Assembly: GCA_043812955.1 (NCBI GenBank)
Contig: JBDRLN010000072.1
Coordinates: forward strand, 1-55,128
Reading direction: 5' to 3'
DNA: 55,128 nt
Source of the DNA: Candidatus Omnitrophota bacterium
Lineage (GTDB): Bacteria > Omnitrophota > Gorgyraeia > Gygaellales > Profunditerraquicolaceae
In this document: piece by piece, positions 43,275-52,903 of the stretch
Numbering within the stretch: the stretch's first letter is position 1
Layout of the letters: every line of letters starts with the position of its first letter
Notes under the pieces: generated by a model
Databases searched by the model: none
Seen by the model: only the letters and a program-made list of their open reading frames with translations
What the model was told of the DNA's origin: nothing
Made by a program: the position numbers and the translations under genes

Positions 43275-43976
43275 ATGCCGGAAAAATCTATCTCTTTAAT
43301 CATACCTACTTTTAATGAAGTAGAGAATATTAGAGAAACCTTAAGCCGGAGCATAAATGTTCTTGATGGCTCTGGTTGTTCCTACGAAATCTTAGTTATT
43401 GATGATTTTTCTCCGGATGGAACGGCTGCGGCTGCTGAAACCATATTAGGCAATAAGGGGCGGGTTGTGATCAGAAAAGGTAAATCTTCCGGGCTCTCAG
43501 CATCAATAATTGATGGGCTAAGCGAATCTCAAGGGGAATACCTGATAATAATGGATGCTGATGGCAGCCATCCGCCGGAACTTATTAGGGAGTTTGTTGC
43601 TGCTATTAGCTTAGGTTATGAGCTGATAGTCGCCAGCCGGTATATCAAGGACGGCGGAACATGTCGGCTCCCTCTGCGCCTGCGGATTATATCGTTATTA
43701 GGTTGCTTATTTGGTTCGGCCTTGACTAAAATCCGGGATAATACTTCCGGTTTTTTTTGTATAAAAAAGAGCGCGTTAAATGGAGTAATTTTAGCTCCGT
43801 ATGGTTTTAAAATCGGTTTAGAGATTTTGGTTAAGGCCAAGTATCGTAATTTTAAGGAAATACCCTATATTTTTTCGGCCAGGAATAAAGGTAAAAGCAA
43901 ATTATCCGCAAAAATCATTCTGCAGTACTTTCAGCAGTATATTTCACTCCTTTTCCGGGTTAGAAAATCCGCATAA
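43275..43976 (+). CDS. family-2 glycosyltransferase (polyprenol-phosphate mannosyl/glucosyltransferase-like)
   Basis: Motifs LSLIIPTFNE, DDFSPDGT and MDADGSHPP. Confidence 0.85.
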   Translation: MPEKSISLIIPTFNEVENIRETLSRSINVLDGSGCSYEILVIDDFSPDGTAAAAETILGNKGRVVIRKGKSSGLSASIIDGLSESQGEYLIIMDADGSHPPELIREFVAAISLGYELIVASRYIKDGGTCRLPLRLRIISLLGCLFGSALTKIRDNTSGFFCIKKSALNGVILAPYGFKIGLEILVKAKYRNFKEIPYIFSARNKGKSKLSAKIILQYFQQYISLLFRVRKSA

Positions 43977-44060
43977 TTTAGGCTTGACCCCGTTATTTTA
44001 TAGTGTATACTATACTATTACTCACTATCTTTAAAAACAGCGTTTAAAGGAGGTTAACAA

Positions 44061-44375
44061 ATGTATGCAGTTATTGTAGTTGGAGGAAAACAGTACAAAA
44101 TTCAGGAAGATGATGTTATCGAGGTTGAGAAGCAGGAGCTTGAAGATAGCCAGAAGCTGGTGATTAAAGAGGTGCTTTTGCTGGTTAAAGATGATCAGAT
44201 TGAAGTCGGAGAGCCTTATCTTTCCGGCGCCAGCGTAGAAGCCGAGGTTTTAAAGCAGACTAAAGGGCCGAAAGTAGTTTCTTACAAGTATCGCCGGCGT
44301 AAATCCCGGGATTGGAAAAAAGGCCACCGCCAGAAATTGACCCTGCTTAAGATCAAGCATATCCAAGCGGCCTAA
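44061..44375 (+). CDS. rplU: 50S ribosomal protein L21
   Basis: MYAVIVVGGKQYKIQEDDVIEVEK.. with a C-terminal KGHRQ. Confidence 0.95.
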   Translation: MYAVIVVGGKQYKIQEDDVIEVEKQELEDSQKLVIKEVLLLVKDDQIEVGEPYLSGASVEAEVLKQTKGPKVVSYKYRRRKSRDWKKGHRQKLTLLKIKHIQAA

Positions 44376-44386
44376 AAAAAAGCCAT

Positions 44387-45355
44387 ATGTTCATTGATAG
44401 CGCAAAGATCTATGTTAAGGCTGGTGACGGCGGCAGAGGGTGTAAGAGTTACTATCGTGATAAATACACCCGGGGCGGGATCCCTGACGGCGGAGACGGC
44501 GGCAAAGGCGCGGATATAATTCTTAGGGCTAATCGGAACCTGAATACCCTGATAGATTTGCAGTTTAACCAGCATTTTTACGGGCCTAAGGGCGAGCAGG
44601 GTTCAAGTAAGAAGAAAAAAGGTAAAGACCGTCCGCCTGTAATGATCCGCGTGCCTTGCGGTACAATAATTAAGGAGATCCGGACAGATTGTGTTTTGGG
44701 CAGCCTGGATAAGGATGAGCAGGAATTAATTGTCGCTAAAGGCGGTAAAGGCGGATTAGGTAACCGGAATAAACACGAGGTTACTGAACCTCAAACCGGC
44801 GCTGAAAGAGAGCTTCTTCTTGATCTAAAGATAATCGCTGATGTCGGGGTGGTTGGGTTTCCTAATGCCGGCAAATCTACCTTGATCTCTAGTATTTCGC
44901 ATGCCCGCCCTCAGATTGCCGCGTACCCGTTTACCACTAAATCTCCTATTTTAGGGGTAGTGGGTAAGAGCGAAGAGGCTTTTGTGGTAGCTGATATTCC
45001 CGGGCTTATTAAAGGTTCATCCGAGGGAAGGGGCCTGGGAGACCGGTTTTTAAGGCATATTGAACGGACTAAAATTTTGATTCATCTCGTAGATATGGCA
45101 GCTTTTGAAGGAAGGAATCCTATAGAAGATTACCGGGCGATAAATAAGGAATTGAAGAATTACAGCCCTGAGGTCGGCAAAAAGCGCCAGGTTTTAGCGG
45201 CCAATAAAATGGATCTGGAAACTGCCGGGCCTAATTTAATTAAGTTTAAGAAAGTAATCCGAAAAAAGATTTACCCTATATCCGCGCTAAAGAGCGAGGG
45301 ATTGGAGGAATTAATTGCAGCGCTCAGAAAAGAATTACCAAAGAATAGTCGTTAA
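44387..45355 (+). CDS. obg: GTPase Obg/CgtA
   Basis: MFIDSAKIYVKAGDGGRG, a glycine-rich Obg fold, and G1 GFPNAGKST. Confidence 0.95.
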   Translation: MFIDSAKIYVKAGDGGRGCKSYYRDKYTRGGIPDGGDGGKGADIILRANRNLNTLIDLQFNQHFYGPKGEQGSSKKKKGKDRPPVMIRVPCGTIIKEIRTDCVLGSLDKDEQELIVAKGGKGGLGNRNKHEVTEPQTGAERELLLDLKIIADVGVVGFPNAGKSTLISSISHARPQIAAYPFTTKSPILGVVGKSEEAFVVADIPGLIKGSSEGRGLGDRFLRHIERTKILIHLVDMAAFEGRNPIEDYRAINKELKNYSPEVGKKRQVLAANKMDLETAGPNLIKFKKVIRKKIYPISALKSEGLEELIAALRKELPKNSR

Positions 45356-46103
45356 AGTCGGCTCCAGCCTATTTTGTTCTGCTGACGGAGCATTGGAAGA
45401 AGGCGTTCTGGAAAGCTTTACCCGGCAAATAATCGCCTTAATTAAACAAGGCCAGGAAGTGATAATAGTTTCTTCCGGAGCCATTGCTCTGGGTATGCAT
45501 GTATTAGGTATGAAGAAACGCCCGAAGGACTTGGCGAGCTTGCAAGCTGCTGCGGCTGTTGGTCAAAATGAATTAATGCATGTGTATCGTAAATTTTTGG
45601 GCCGGGGATGGTTCGGAGGCCAGATACTTTTAACCAGGGACGATTTTAATGACCGCAAACGATATTTGAATGCCCGGCATACTATTGAGGCACTATTAGC
45701 GAAACGCAATTACCGAGTTCAAGGAGTCGTCCCGATTATCAATGAAAATGATACAGTTGCTACCGAGGAAATTAAGTTTGGGGATAATGATCGTTTATCG
45801 GCAATGACTGCAGTATTAGTAGGCGCAGATCTTTTGGTTATTCTTTCTAATGTTGATGGATTGTTGGATGAAAATAAAAAGGTTGTCAGATTAGTCGGTG
45901 AAATTACTCCGGCAATAAAAGCTATGGCTTATCCGACGAAAAAACAGACTAGCGTTGGTGGGATGATTACAAAAATTGAAGCCGCTAAAATTGCTGTAGA
46001 TGCCGGGATTTCCTGTATAATCGCCAATGGGCATAAGAAAAATATTATTCTTGCTGTAGTAAAGACACCCGAGAAATGCGGAACTTTATTTGTTCCCAAA
46101 TAA
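45315..46103 (+). CDS. proB: glutamate 5-kinase (no PUA domain)
   Basis: RIVVKVGSS, VSSGAIALG and FGDND.LSA. It overlaps the obg 3' end by 41 nt. Confidence 0.9.
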   Translation: MQRSEKNYQRIVVKVGSSLFCSADGALEEGVLESFTRQIIALIKQGQEVIIVSSGAIALGMHVLGMKKRPKDLASLQAAAAVGQNELMHVYRKFLGRGWFGGQILLTRDDFNDRKRYLNARHTIEALLAKRNYRVQGVVPIINENDTVATEEIKFGDNDRLSAMTAVLVGADLLVILSNVDGLLDENKKVVRLVGEITPAIKAMAYPTKKQTSVGGMITKIEAAKIAVDAGISCIIANGHKKNIILAVVKTPEKCGTLFVPK

Positions 46104-46137
46104 ATGGGGTCAGAATTATTTTTTAGGCGGGGTTAAA

Positions 46138-47394
46138 ATGAGTATAAAGACGGAATTAACTAGTATTGCTAAAAAGGCTCAAGGGGCCTGTCGCAGTGCA
46201 TTAACCTTGTCTTCTGAGGTTAAGGATAGGGCGCTTAAAGCCATGGCTATGTCTTTATTAGACGCCAGGGCATTTATCTTAAGCGCTAATAAGAAGGATT
46301 TGCGCATGGCTAAAGCCAGGCGGATATCTTCGGCTTTACTGGATAGGCTGACGCTTAGTGAAAAAAGAATCCAGGATATGGCTGATTCTTTGAATGAAAT
46401 CGCTAATTTAGCTGATCCGGTTGGTGAAGTGATTAATGTTTGGCGCAGGCCCAATGGCCTCTGGATAAATAAGGTTCGGGTTCCTATAGGCGTAATCGCG
46501 ATTATTTATGAATCTCGGCCGAATGTAACTTCGGATTGTATCGGGCTCTGCTTTAAATCCGGCAACAGTGTAATTTTAAGGGGAGGAAGCGAAGCTATAA
46601 ATTCTAACCTGGCTATTGCCAATACGCTTAAAGAAGTTTTAAAAAGATACAAAATACCCGAAGGCCTGGTTAATATGGTCACTACTACTGACCGGGCCGC
46701 GGTTAAGACCCTTTTGAGTTTAAATAGTTTCATAGATCTGGTTATGCCCCGGGGAGGCGAAGGCCTGATCAATCAAGTAATGAAATTGTCCCGGATACCG
46801 GTAATCAAGCATTATAAAGGTATCTGCCATGCCTATGTTGATGAGTCCGCGGATCTTAAGATGGCCGAAGACATTTGTTATAATGCCAAGGTTCAGCGTC
46901 CGGGAGTTTGTAATGCCCTGGAGAGCATGTTAGTGCATGAAAAGGTTGCGCCTAAATTCTTGCCCAGAATGTTGGAAAAATTCCAGGATGCCGGCGTTGA
47001 GATTCGCGGCTGTCCGAGGACTAAAAAGATCGTAAAAGATATCAAGCTGGCCAAGGAATCCGATTATCACAGAGAATACTTAGATTTAATTCTTTCGGTA
47101 AAGGTGGTTAAAGATTTAAACCAGGCTATTGAGCATATTAATAATTATGGAACCCACCATTCCGACAGTATTATCTCGGATAATTATGATAATTCCCTGG
47201 AATTTTTAAGGCGGGTGGATTCGGCCTGCGTGTACATGAATGCCTCGACTCGTTTTACCGACGGCTATCAATTCGGCTTAGGCGCAGAGATAGGCATATC
47301 TACGGACAAATTACATGCCCGCGGCCCGATGGCTTTAGAAGAGTTAACAACTTATAAATATATGGTAATGGGTAACGGACAAGTCCGGAGTTAA
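46138..47394 (+). CDS. proA: gamma-glutamyl phosphate reductase
   Basis: Aldehyde-dehydrogenase-like with IYESRPNVT and a CNA.E catalytic Cys region. The start is trimmed to M17. Confidence 0.9.
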   Translation: MSIKTELTSIAKKAQGACRSALTLSSEVKDRALKAMAMSLLDARAFILSANKKDLRMAKARRISSALLDRLTLSEKRIQDMADSLNEIANLADPVGEVINVWRRPNGLWINKVRVPIGVIAIIYESRPNVTSDCIGLCFKSGNSVILRGGSEAINSNLAIANTLKEVLKRYKIPEGLVNMVTTTDRAAVKTLLSLNSFIDLVMPRGGEGLINQVMKLSRIPVIKHYKGICHAYVDESADLKMAEDICYNAKVQRPGVCNALESMLVHEKVAPKFLPRMLEKFQDAGVEIRGCPRTKKIVKDIKLAKESDYHREYLDLILSVKVVKDLNQAIEHINNYGTHHSDSIISDNYDNSLEFLRRVDSACVYMNASTRFTDGYQFGLGAEIGISTDKLHARGPMALEELTTYKYMVMGNGQVRS

Positions 47395-47396
47395 GG

Positions 47397-47975
47397 ATGC
47401 GCATTGGAATATTAGGCGGGACATTTAATCCGATACATATAGGCCACCTTATTCTGGCTGAGGAGGTCCGGGAGAAGCTAAATCTGGATAAAATAATTTT
47501 TGTCCCGGCTTATCTTCCTCCGCATAAGAATAATTCTGATATTGCCCGGCCTGAGCATAGGTATAAAATGATCAAGCTGGCAATAAGTACCAATAAATAT
47601 TTCTCAGTTTCGGATGTTGAGATAAAAAGAAAAGGCAGGTCTTACACTATAGATACTTTGCGCGAGTTTAAGAAAGTTTACCCTAAAGACAGCCTTTATT
47701 TTATTACCGGTTCGGATCTGCTCAAGTATCTTCCGGAATGGAGGGATCTTAAAGAGGTTATCCGGATGGTCAAGTTTGTGGTGGCTACCCGTCCAGGATA
47801 TCCTTTAGAAAAGATCCCCGGCTATATCAAGACTATCGGGATCAGGGCAGTGGATATCTCAGGTTTTGAAGTCAGGCAGTGCATAAAACAAAAGACCTCG
47901 TTTCGGTATCTGGTTGCAGAGGCAGTATTTAAATATATTGTGGAGCATAGCCTTTATGTCCACCCCAGAGGTTGA
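47397..47975 (+). CDS. nadD: nicotinate-nucleotide adenylyltransferase
   Basis: GGTFNPIHIGH and the ISSTEIR-like motif DISGFEVRQ. Confidence 0.9.
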   Translation: MRIGILGGTFNPIHIGHLILAEEVREKLNLDKIIFVPAYLPPHKNNSDIARPEHRYKMIKLAISTNKYFSVSDVEIKRKGRSYTIDTLREFKKVYPKDSLYFITGSDLLKYLPEWRDLKEVIRMVKFVVATRPGYPLEKIPGYIKTIGIRAVDISGFEVRQCIKQKTSFRYLVAEAVFKYIVEHSLYVHPRG

Positions 47976-47984
47976 CAACCATAT

Positions 47985-48017
47985 CCACCCCGTAGGTGGA
48001 GCCCACCTACGGGGTGG
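47985..48017. repeat. perfect 15-bp stem / 3-nt loop GC-rich hairpin between nadD and rpe
   Basis: CCACCCCGTAGGTGG-AGC-CCACCTACGGGGTGG. A third CCACCCC lies at 47960-47966. There is no U-tract on either strand. Confidence 0.8.
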
Positions 48018-48033
48018 AAAAAGGTTAGTGAAT

Positions 48034-48678
48034 ATGAAAATAAAAATAGCCCCATCAATATTATCGGCGGATTTTGGCTGTTTGAAAGACGAGATCCGCA
48101 AAGTCGAAATTGCCGGCGCGGATATGCTCCACATCGATGTAATGGACGGGCATTTTGTCCCCAATATTACTATCGGTCCGGTAGTGGTCAAGGATATCCG
48201 CAAAATTACCAAACTGCCTTTAGATGTGCATCTCATGATTGAGAATCCCGAAGATTACGTGGATTCTTTTGTTAAGGCCGGCAGCGATATGATTACTTTT
48301 CACATCGAAACCATATCGAAAGCAGAGTTAAGGGATAAGTGCCAAGAGTTAAGAAAAAAAGGGGTTAAGGTGGGGATCTCTTTGAATCCCCCCACGCCTT
48401 TGGCTAAGATCAAAGGTGTTTTAAAGTTCGTAGATTTTGTCCTGGTGATGTCGGTAAATCCCGGATTCGGCGGCCAGGAATTTATTCCCTCGGCGGTACT
48501 TAAGATAAAGCAATTACGCGCTATATTTAAAGGCGATATCGCGGTTGACGGCGGCCTAAACGAGGTTAATGCCGGCAAGGTTATTCCGGCCGGGGCTAAT
48601 ATTTTAGCCGCGGGTTCTTATATATTTAAATCTAATAATTATAAGGAGGCGATAAGGAGACTGCGATGTCAAATCTAA
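48034..48678 (+). CDS. rpe: ribulose-phosphate 3-epimerase
   Basis: IAPSILSADF, HIDVMDGHFVPN and a MSVNPGFGGQ motif. The start is trimmed to M41 (48034). Confidence 0.95.
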   Translation: MKIKIAPSILSADFGCLKDEIRKVEIAGADMLHIDVMDGHFVPNITIGPVVVKDIRKITKLPLDVHLMIENPEDYVDSFVKAGSDMITFHIETISKAELRDKCQELRKKGVKVGISLNPPTPLAKIKGVLKFVDFVLVMSVNPGFGGQEFIPSAVLKIKQLRAIFKGDIAVDGGLNEVNAGKVIPAGANILAAGSYIFKSNNYKEAIRRLRCQI

Positions 48679-50063
48679 CTAAAGAGATCAAATTCGGCAC
48701 TGACGGTTGGCGAGGGATAATCAGCGATAATTTTACTTTTGCTAATGTCCGCCGGGTAGCCCAGGCCATTGCCGAGTATTATTTATCCCTTGACACTTAC
48801 CCCTTACCCCTAAAAATCGCTGTAGGTTATGACACCCGTTTTTTATCCGATAAATTCGCCCTGACAGTTACCGAGGTATTGCTTAAGCAGGGTGTTGACG
48901 TTATTCTTTCAGATCGGGCTATCCCGACTCCAACTTTAAGTTTTGCCGTTCAGCAAAAAAAACTTAGCGCCGGAATAATGATTACTGCCAGCCATAACCC
49001 CAGCGAATATAACGGCATCAAAATTAAAACTGCTTCCGGTGGAGCTGCCGGAACAGAGGTTACCGGAGAGGTTGAGAGATTATTAGCTAAACCTTTAAAT
49101 CTAAAAGTCAACCGGTTAGGAAAATTATCCAAGATCGATTTTACCGGGAACTATATAAAATTCCTGCGTAAATATATTGATTTAAAAAAATTAAAAAACG
49201 CTAAGTTCAAGGTTTTAGTCGATCCAATGCATGGCAGCGGCAACAGTCTGATAGCTGAAGTGCTGAAGGGGACTAAGATTAAATTAGTATTTATGCGTCA
49301 GGATATCAATCCTTCTTTCGAAGGTTTGCGGCCGGAACCGGTAATGGAGAACCTCTACCAAACTCAGGAGAGGATGAAAAAAGAAAAGTTTGATCTGGCC
49401 ATTATTTTAGACGGCGACGCGGACAGGATCGCTGCTTTTGCCGGGAAGGGCGAATTTATCTATCCCCAGAAGATTTTAGGATTATTAGCCTTGCATCTGC
49501 GCCAGGACCGGAAGATGTCCGGAGGAATGGTTAAGACTATCGTGGGAACCAATATGATGGATAATATTGCCAAGGGTTTAGGAATGAAGTTATATGAAAC
49601 CCCGGTGGGATTTAAGTATATCTCGGAATTAATGCAAAAGAATAATATCTTGGTGGGCGGAGAGGAAGCCGGCGGAATGGGATTTAAGAATTACATCCCG
49701 GAAAGAGACGGGACCTTAGCCGGGTTGTTGCTTTTAGAGATGATGGCCTGCCGCAAAAAGCCGATGATAAAAATACTTTCTGAGATGGAGAATAAATACG
49801 GAAGATATTATTATGAACGCTCTGACCTGCGCATCCCGAATTTAAAAATAAATTTAGATGAATTTAAGAAGATCAGGAGTATCTTGGGCCGGGAAGTGAT
49901 CAAGGTCAAGGATTATGACGGAGTAAAATTGATCTGCAGCGATTTTAGCTGGCTGATCTTCAGAGCTTCGGGAACCGAGCCTATAATCAGGATCTACGCT
50001 GAGTCTAAATCTCTGGCCCAGTCTAAAAAGATGGTTGAATTCGGCAGGAAATTAGTTCTTTAG
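48666..50063 (+). CDS. phosphoglucomutase/phosphomannomutase family protein
   Basis: Active-site motif TASHNPSEYNGIK, DGDADR and GGEEAGG. Confidence 0.85.
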   Translation: MSNLTKEIKFGTDGWRGIISDNFTFANVRRVAQAIAEYYLSLDTYPLPLKIAVGYDTRFLSDKFALTVTEVLLKQGVDVILSDRAIPTPTLSFAVQQKKLSAGIMITASHNPSEYNGIKIKTASGGAAGTEVTGEVERLLAKPLNLKVNRLGKLSKIDFTGNYIKFLRKYIDLKKLKNAKFKVLVDPMHGSGNSLIAEVLKGTKIKLVFMRQDINPSFEGLRPEPVMENLYQTQERMKKEKFDLAIILDGDADRIAAFAGKGEFIYPQKILGLLALHLRQDRKMSGGMVKTIVGTNMMDNIAKGLGMKLYETPVGFKYISELMQKNNILVGGEEAGGMGFKNYIPERDGTLAGLLLLEMMACRKKPMIKILSEMENKYGRYYYERSDLRIPNLKINLDEFKKIRSILGREVIKVKDYDGVKLICSDFSWLIFRASGTEPIIRIYAESKSLAQSKKMVEFGRKLVL

Positions 50064-50066
50064 AAA

Positions 50067-50654
50067 ATGTTTTATATCCCACTCAGGTTTTTATCTTGGG
50101 TAATATGTAAAGCAGGTTTTGGTTTAAAGGTGAGCGGTTGTGAATTTATACCCAAAAAGGGCGGATTTATTTTGGCTAGTAATCACCTCAGCTATTTAGA
50201 TCCGATGGCCGTGGGCGCAGCCTGTGGCCGCCTAGACCTGAATTATATGGCCAGGCATAGTTTATTCCGTAATCCCTGTTCTGCTTGGGTTTTGGCAGAA
50301 GGACATGTTTTCCCGGTAAAAAGAAACTCCGCTGATTTTAAGGCCCTGAAAGAAGCCCTGCGCAGGGTAAATAAAGGAAAGGGCCTGCTCTTGTTTCCTG
50401 AGGGAACCCGTCAGGTGAGCGGAAGGTTCGGCGAGCCTGAACCCGGAGTTGGTTTTTTAGCTGCCAAGCTTAAAGTTCCGGTTATTCCGGTTTTATTAAA
50501 AGGGACTGACCAGGCTTGGCCCAGAAATGCAAAATTTCCCAGGTCGGCTAAAATTAAAGTAACCTTTGGCCCGGGAATAGTTATAGAAAGCAAGATGAGT
50601 TATAAAGAAATTGCCCAAACAATTATGGATGGTATTCGGGCCCTTGCAAAATAA
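50067..50654 (+). CDS. plsC: 1-acyl-sn-glycerol-3-phosphate acyltransferase
   Basis: Motifs NHLSYLDP and FPEGTR. Confidence 0.85.
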   Translation: MFYIPLRFLSWVICKAGFGLKVSGCEFIPKKGGFILASNHLSYLDPMAVGAACGRLDLNYMARHSLFRNPCSAWVLAEGHVFPVKRNSADFKALKEALRRVNKGKGLLLFPEGTRQVSGRFGEPEPGVGFLAAKLKVPVIPVLLKGTDQAWPRNAKFPRSAKIKVTFGPGIVIESKMSYKEIAQTIMDGIRALAK

Positions 50655-50701
50655 CTCATAAAACTATGCTGGCTTAGGTCCCGCAATAGTCATTGGGGGA
50701 T

Positions 50702-50739
50702 CAAGCAAAAAATAAACGCCAGCCGGCATTTTTTGCTTG
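50702..50739 (+). terminator. A/U-rich 12-bp hairpin downstream of plsC (possible terminator)
   Basis: CAAGCAAAAAAT-14 nt-ATTTTTTGCTTG. The U-run lies inside the stem rather than after it, so terminator function is uncertain. Confidence 0.3.
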
Positions 50740-50782
50740 AAAATTCCTTTGCAAAGGAGGTGTTTTTTAATAAGCTAAATAC

Positions 50783-50860
50783 GGGGATGGTTCTAAAAGA
50801 CATAAGCAAAAGTGCCCCCTTTAAAGGGGACATTTTAAGATTAGTTTCAGAACCGTCCCC
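50783..50860. repeat. 78-nt nested-palindrome element, family 2, copy C (degenerate, inverted orientation)
   Basis: GGGGATGGTTCTAAA..AAAGTGCCCCC..GGGGACATTTT..TTTCAGAACCGTCCCC. The outer stem keeps 12 bp including one T-G pair, and the inner hairpin is decayed. Confidence 0.85.
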
Positions 50861-50902
50861 GATTGATAAAAAAAATAATAATTCGAGAGGAGATTTAATA
50901 AC

Positions 50903-52459
50903 ATGAATGATGAAGCCACTAAAGAAGAAATGAGCGAGTTGGAACAGCTTTACAATCAAACTATAAAAATGATCAAGGAAGGCCAGATCACTAAAGGAAA
51001 GATCGTCTCCATAAAAACCAAAGATATCTTAGTGGATGTCGGTTTTAAATCCGAGGGGATCGTTCCGATAGCGGAATTCTCTAAAGACGAGCTGGTGGTC
51101 GGCACGGAACTTGATTTTTTCGTGGACTCCATTGAAAACGATATGGGCCTGATCGCTCTTTCCCGGGAGAAGGCCAGATGTATGAAGGGATGGGATGATG
51201 TAGTCAAACACTACGATAAGAGTGAGATTATCGATGGTTTAGTCGGCCGTAAAGTAAAGGGAGGTTTTTTAGTCAATGTCCAGGGTATAGACGGTTTTCT
51301 TCCCGCGTCACTCTCCGTATTTAAGAATGTGCCGGACAAAGATATCGTCAACAAAGTATTTAAGTTTAAGATCATTAAGATTAATAAACTAAGATACAGT
51401 ATTATCTTATCCCGCCGCGAGGCAATGCAGAAGGAGAAAGAGCAAAGCCGAGAGAAGATGTGGCAGGAATTAAAAGTCGGGTCGGCTTCTCCCGGATTGG
51501 TCAAGGCCATAACTGATTTTGGCGCTTTTATTGACCTGGGCGGAGTAGACGGGCTTTTGCATATTACTGATATGTCCTGGTCTAAGATATCCCATCCTTC
51601 GGAGATAGTGGCAGTAGGCGATAAAATAGAAGTGGTAGTGCTTAATATCGATAAGGATTCTAATAAGATATCCTTGGGTTTAAAGCAGAGGCTGCCTGAT
51701 CCCTGGCAGGATGTAGAGAATAAGTTCAGCGTAGGTTCTAAAATTAAGGGAAAAGTGGTAAATATCGCCCCCTACGGCGTGTTTGTGGAATTGGAAAAAG
51801 GCATTGAAGGCCTGATCCATATTTCCGAGATATCCTGGGCTAAAAAAGTCAATAATCCGGGCGAGGTATTCGCTATCGGAGATACGGTAGAGAGCCAGAT
51901 CTTAAGCGTGGATAAAGATTCTCGCAGGATAGCCTTAAGCATCAAACAGCTGGAGCAGAATCCCTGGTTGGAAGCAGATTCTAAATATTCGATTAATACC
52001 CAGGTCCAAGGCAAAGTAAAAGGATTTACCAAATACGGCGTATTCGTGGAATTGGATAGCGGTTTGGAAGGGATGATCCACATTTCCGATCTCTCCTGGA
52101 CCAAAAAAATATCTAATCCTCAGGACATGCTGAAAAAAGGCCAGAAGGTGGATGTGATGGTTATGGCTATAGATAGCCAGAATCAGCGGATCACTTTAGG
52201 TTTAAAGCAGCTCCAGGATAATCCCTGGCCGGAGATCGCCAATAAGTATCTCTTAGAGTCCTCTTTGGAGACCGAAGTCACCAGCATAACTGATTTCGGC
52301 GTATTTGTTAAGATCGAGGAGGATTTAGAAGGTTTGGTATTCAGTAATGAAATAGAGGCTGCAAAATTAAAAGAATTAAAACCCGGGGATAAGATCCAGG
52401 TTAAGATAATTAAGGTGGATGTGGAGCAGGGCAAGATCGGACTCTCCACCAAGCTTTGA
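50903..52459 (+). CDS. rpsA: 30S ribosomal protein S1
   Basis: Six tandem S1 motifs (G..V.G.V..I..FG.FV.L..G..GL.H.S). Confidence 0.9.
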   Translation: MNDEATKEEMSELEQLYNQTIKMIKEGQITKGKIVSIKTKDILVDVGFKSEGIVPIAEFSKDELVVGTELDFFVDSIENDMGLIALSREKARCMKGWDDVVKHYDKSEIIDGLVGRKVKGGFLVNVQGIDGFLPASLSVFKNVPDKDIVNKVFKFKIIKINKLRYSIILSRREAMQKEKEQSREKMWQELKVGSASPGLVKAITDFGAFIDLGGVDGLLHITDMSWSKISHPSEIVAVGDKIEVVVLNIDKDSNKISLGLKQRLPDPWQDVENKFSVGSKIKGKVVNIAPYGVFVELEKGIEGLIHISEISWAKKVNNPGEVFAIGDTVESQILSVDKDSRRIALSIKQLEQNPWLEADSKYSINTQVQGKVKGFTKYGVFVELDSGLEGMIHISDLSWTKKISNPQDMLKKGQKVDVMVMAIDSQNQRITLGLKQLQDNPWPEIANKYLLESSLETEVTSITDFGVFVKIEEDLEGLVFSNEIEAAKLKELKPGDKIQVKIIKVDVEQGKIGLSTKL

Positions 52460-52504
52460 TAAGTAAGAAGGCATAGGTACAGGTAGAGGTAGAGAAAAGA
52501 AAGA

Positions 52505-52861
52505 ATGTTCAAGTCATTTAAAGAAATGCCTATTTGGCAAGAGGCAATGGCTAAAGCTGAAGATATCTTTAATTTGACTGAAAAATTACCTAAAAAAGAA
52601 GATTATGGTTTAACTTCTCAGATCCGTAGAGCTGCTTTGAGTATTTCTGCTAATATTGCTGAGGCTTACGGAAGGAACCATACTTCAGATAAAGTTAATT
52701 TCTATTATTTCGCTAGAGGTTCTGCAGTTGAGATTCAGAACCACATAGAATATGCAAAAAGAGTAGGATATATTAAAGCAGATATAGTAAAATGTTTAGA
52801 CGATAAATTGGTTAAATTGTATAATGACCTTAACAAAATAATAATTTCTCTGAAGAATTAA
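52505..52861 (+). CDS. four-helix-bundle protein (23S rRNA IVS protein / Avd-like family)
   Basis: FKEMPIWQEAM....I..LT..LPK.E.YGLTSQIRRAALSISANIAEAYGR....D...F...ARGS..E.. Confidence 0.8.
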   Translation: MFKSFKEMPIWQEAMAKAEDIFNLTEKLPKKEDYGLTSQIRRAALSISANIAEAYGRNHTSDKVNFYYFARGSAVEIQNHIEYAKRVGYIKADIVKCLDDKLVKLYNDLNKIIISLKN

Positions 52862-52903
52862 TAACATAATCTATACCTATATCTTTACCTCTACCTATTT
52901 TAT

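Noticed and set aside
47914-48033. 40-codon N-terminal extension of rpe overlapping nadD
   Set aside because: The extension is translated through the CCACCCC hairpin. Rpe proteins start near M-K-I-x-P-S-I-L-S-A-D, so the ATG at 48034 fits.
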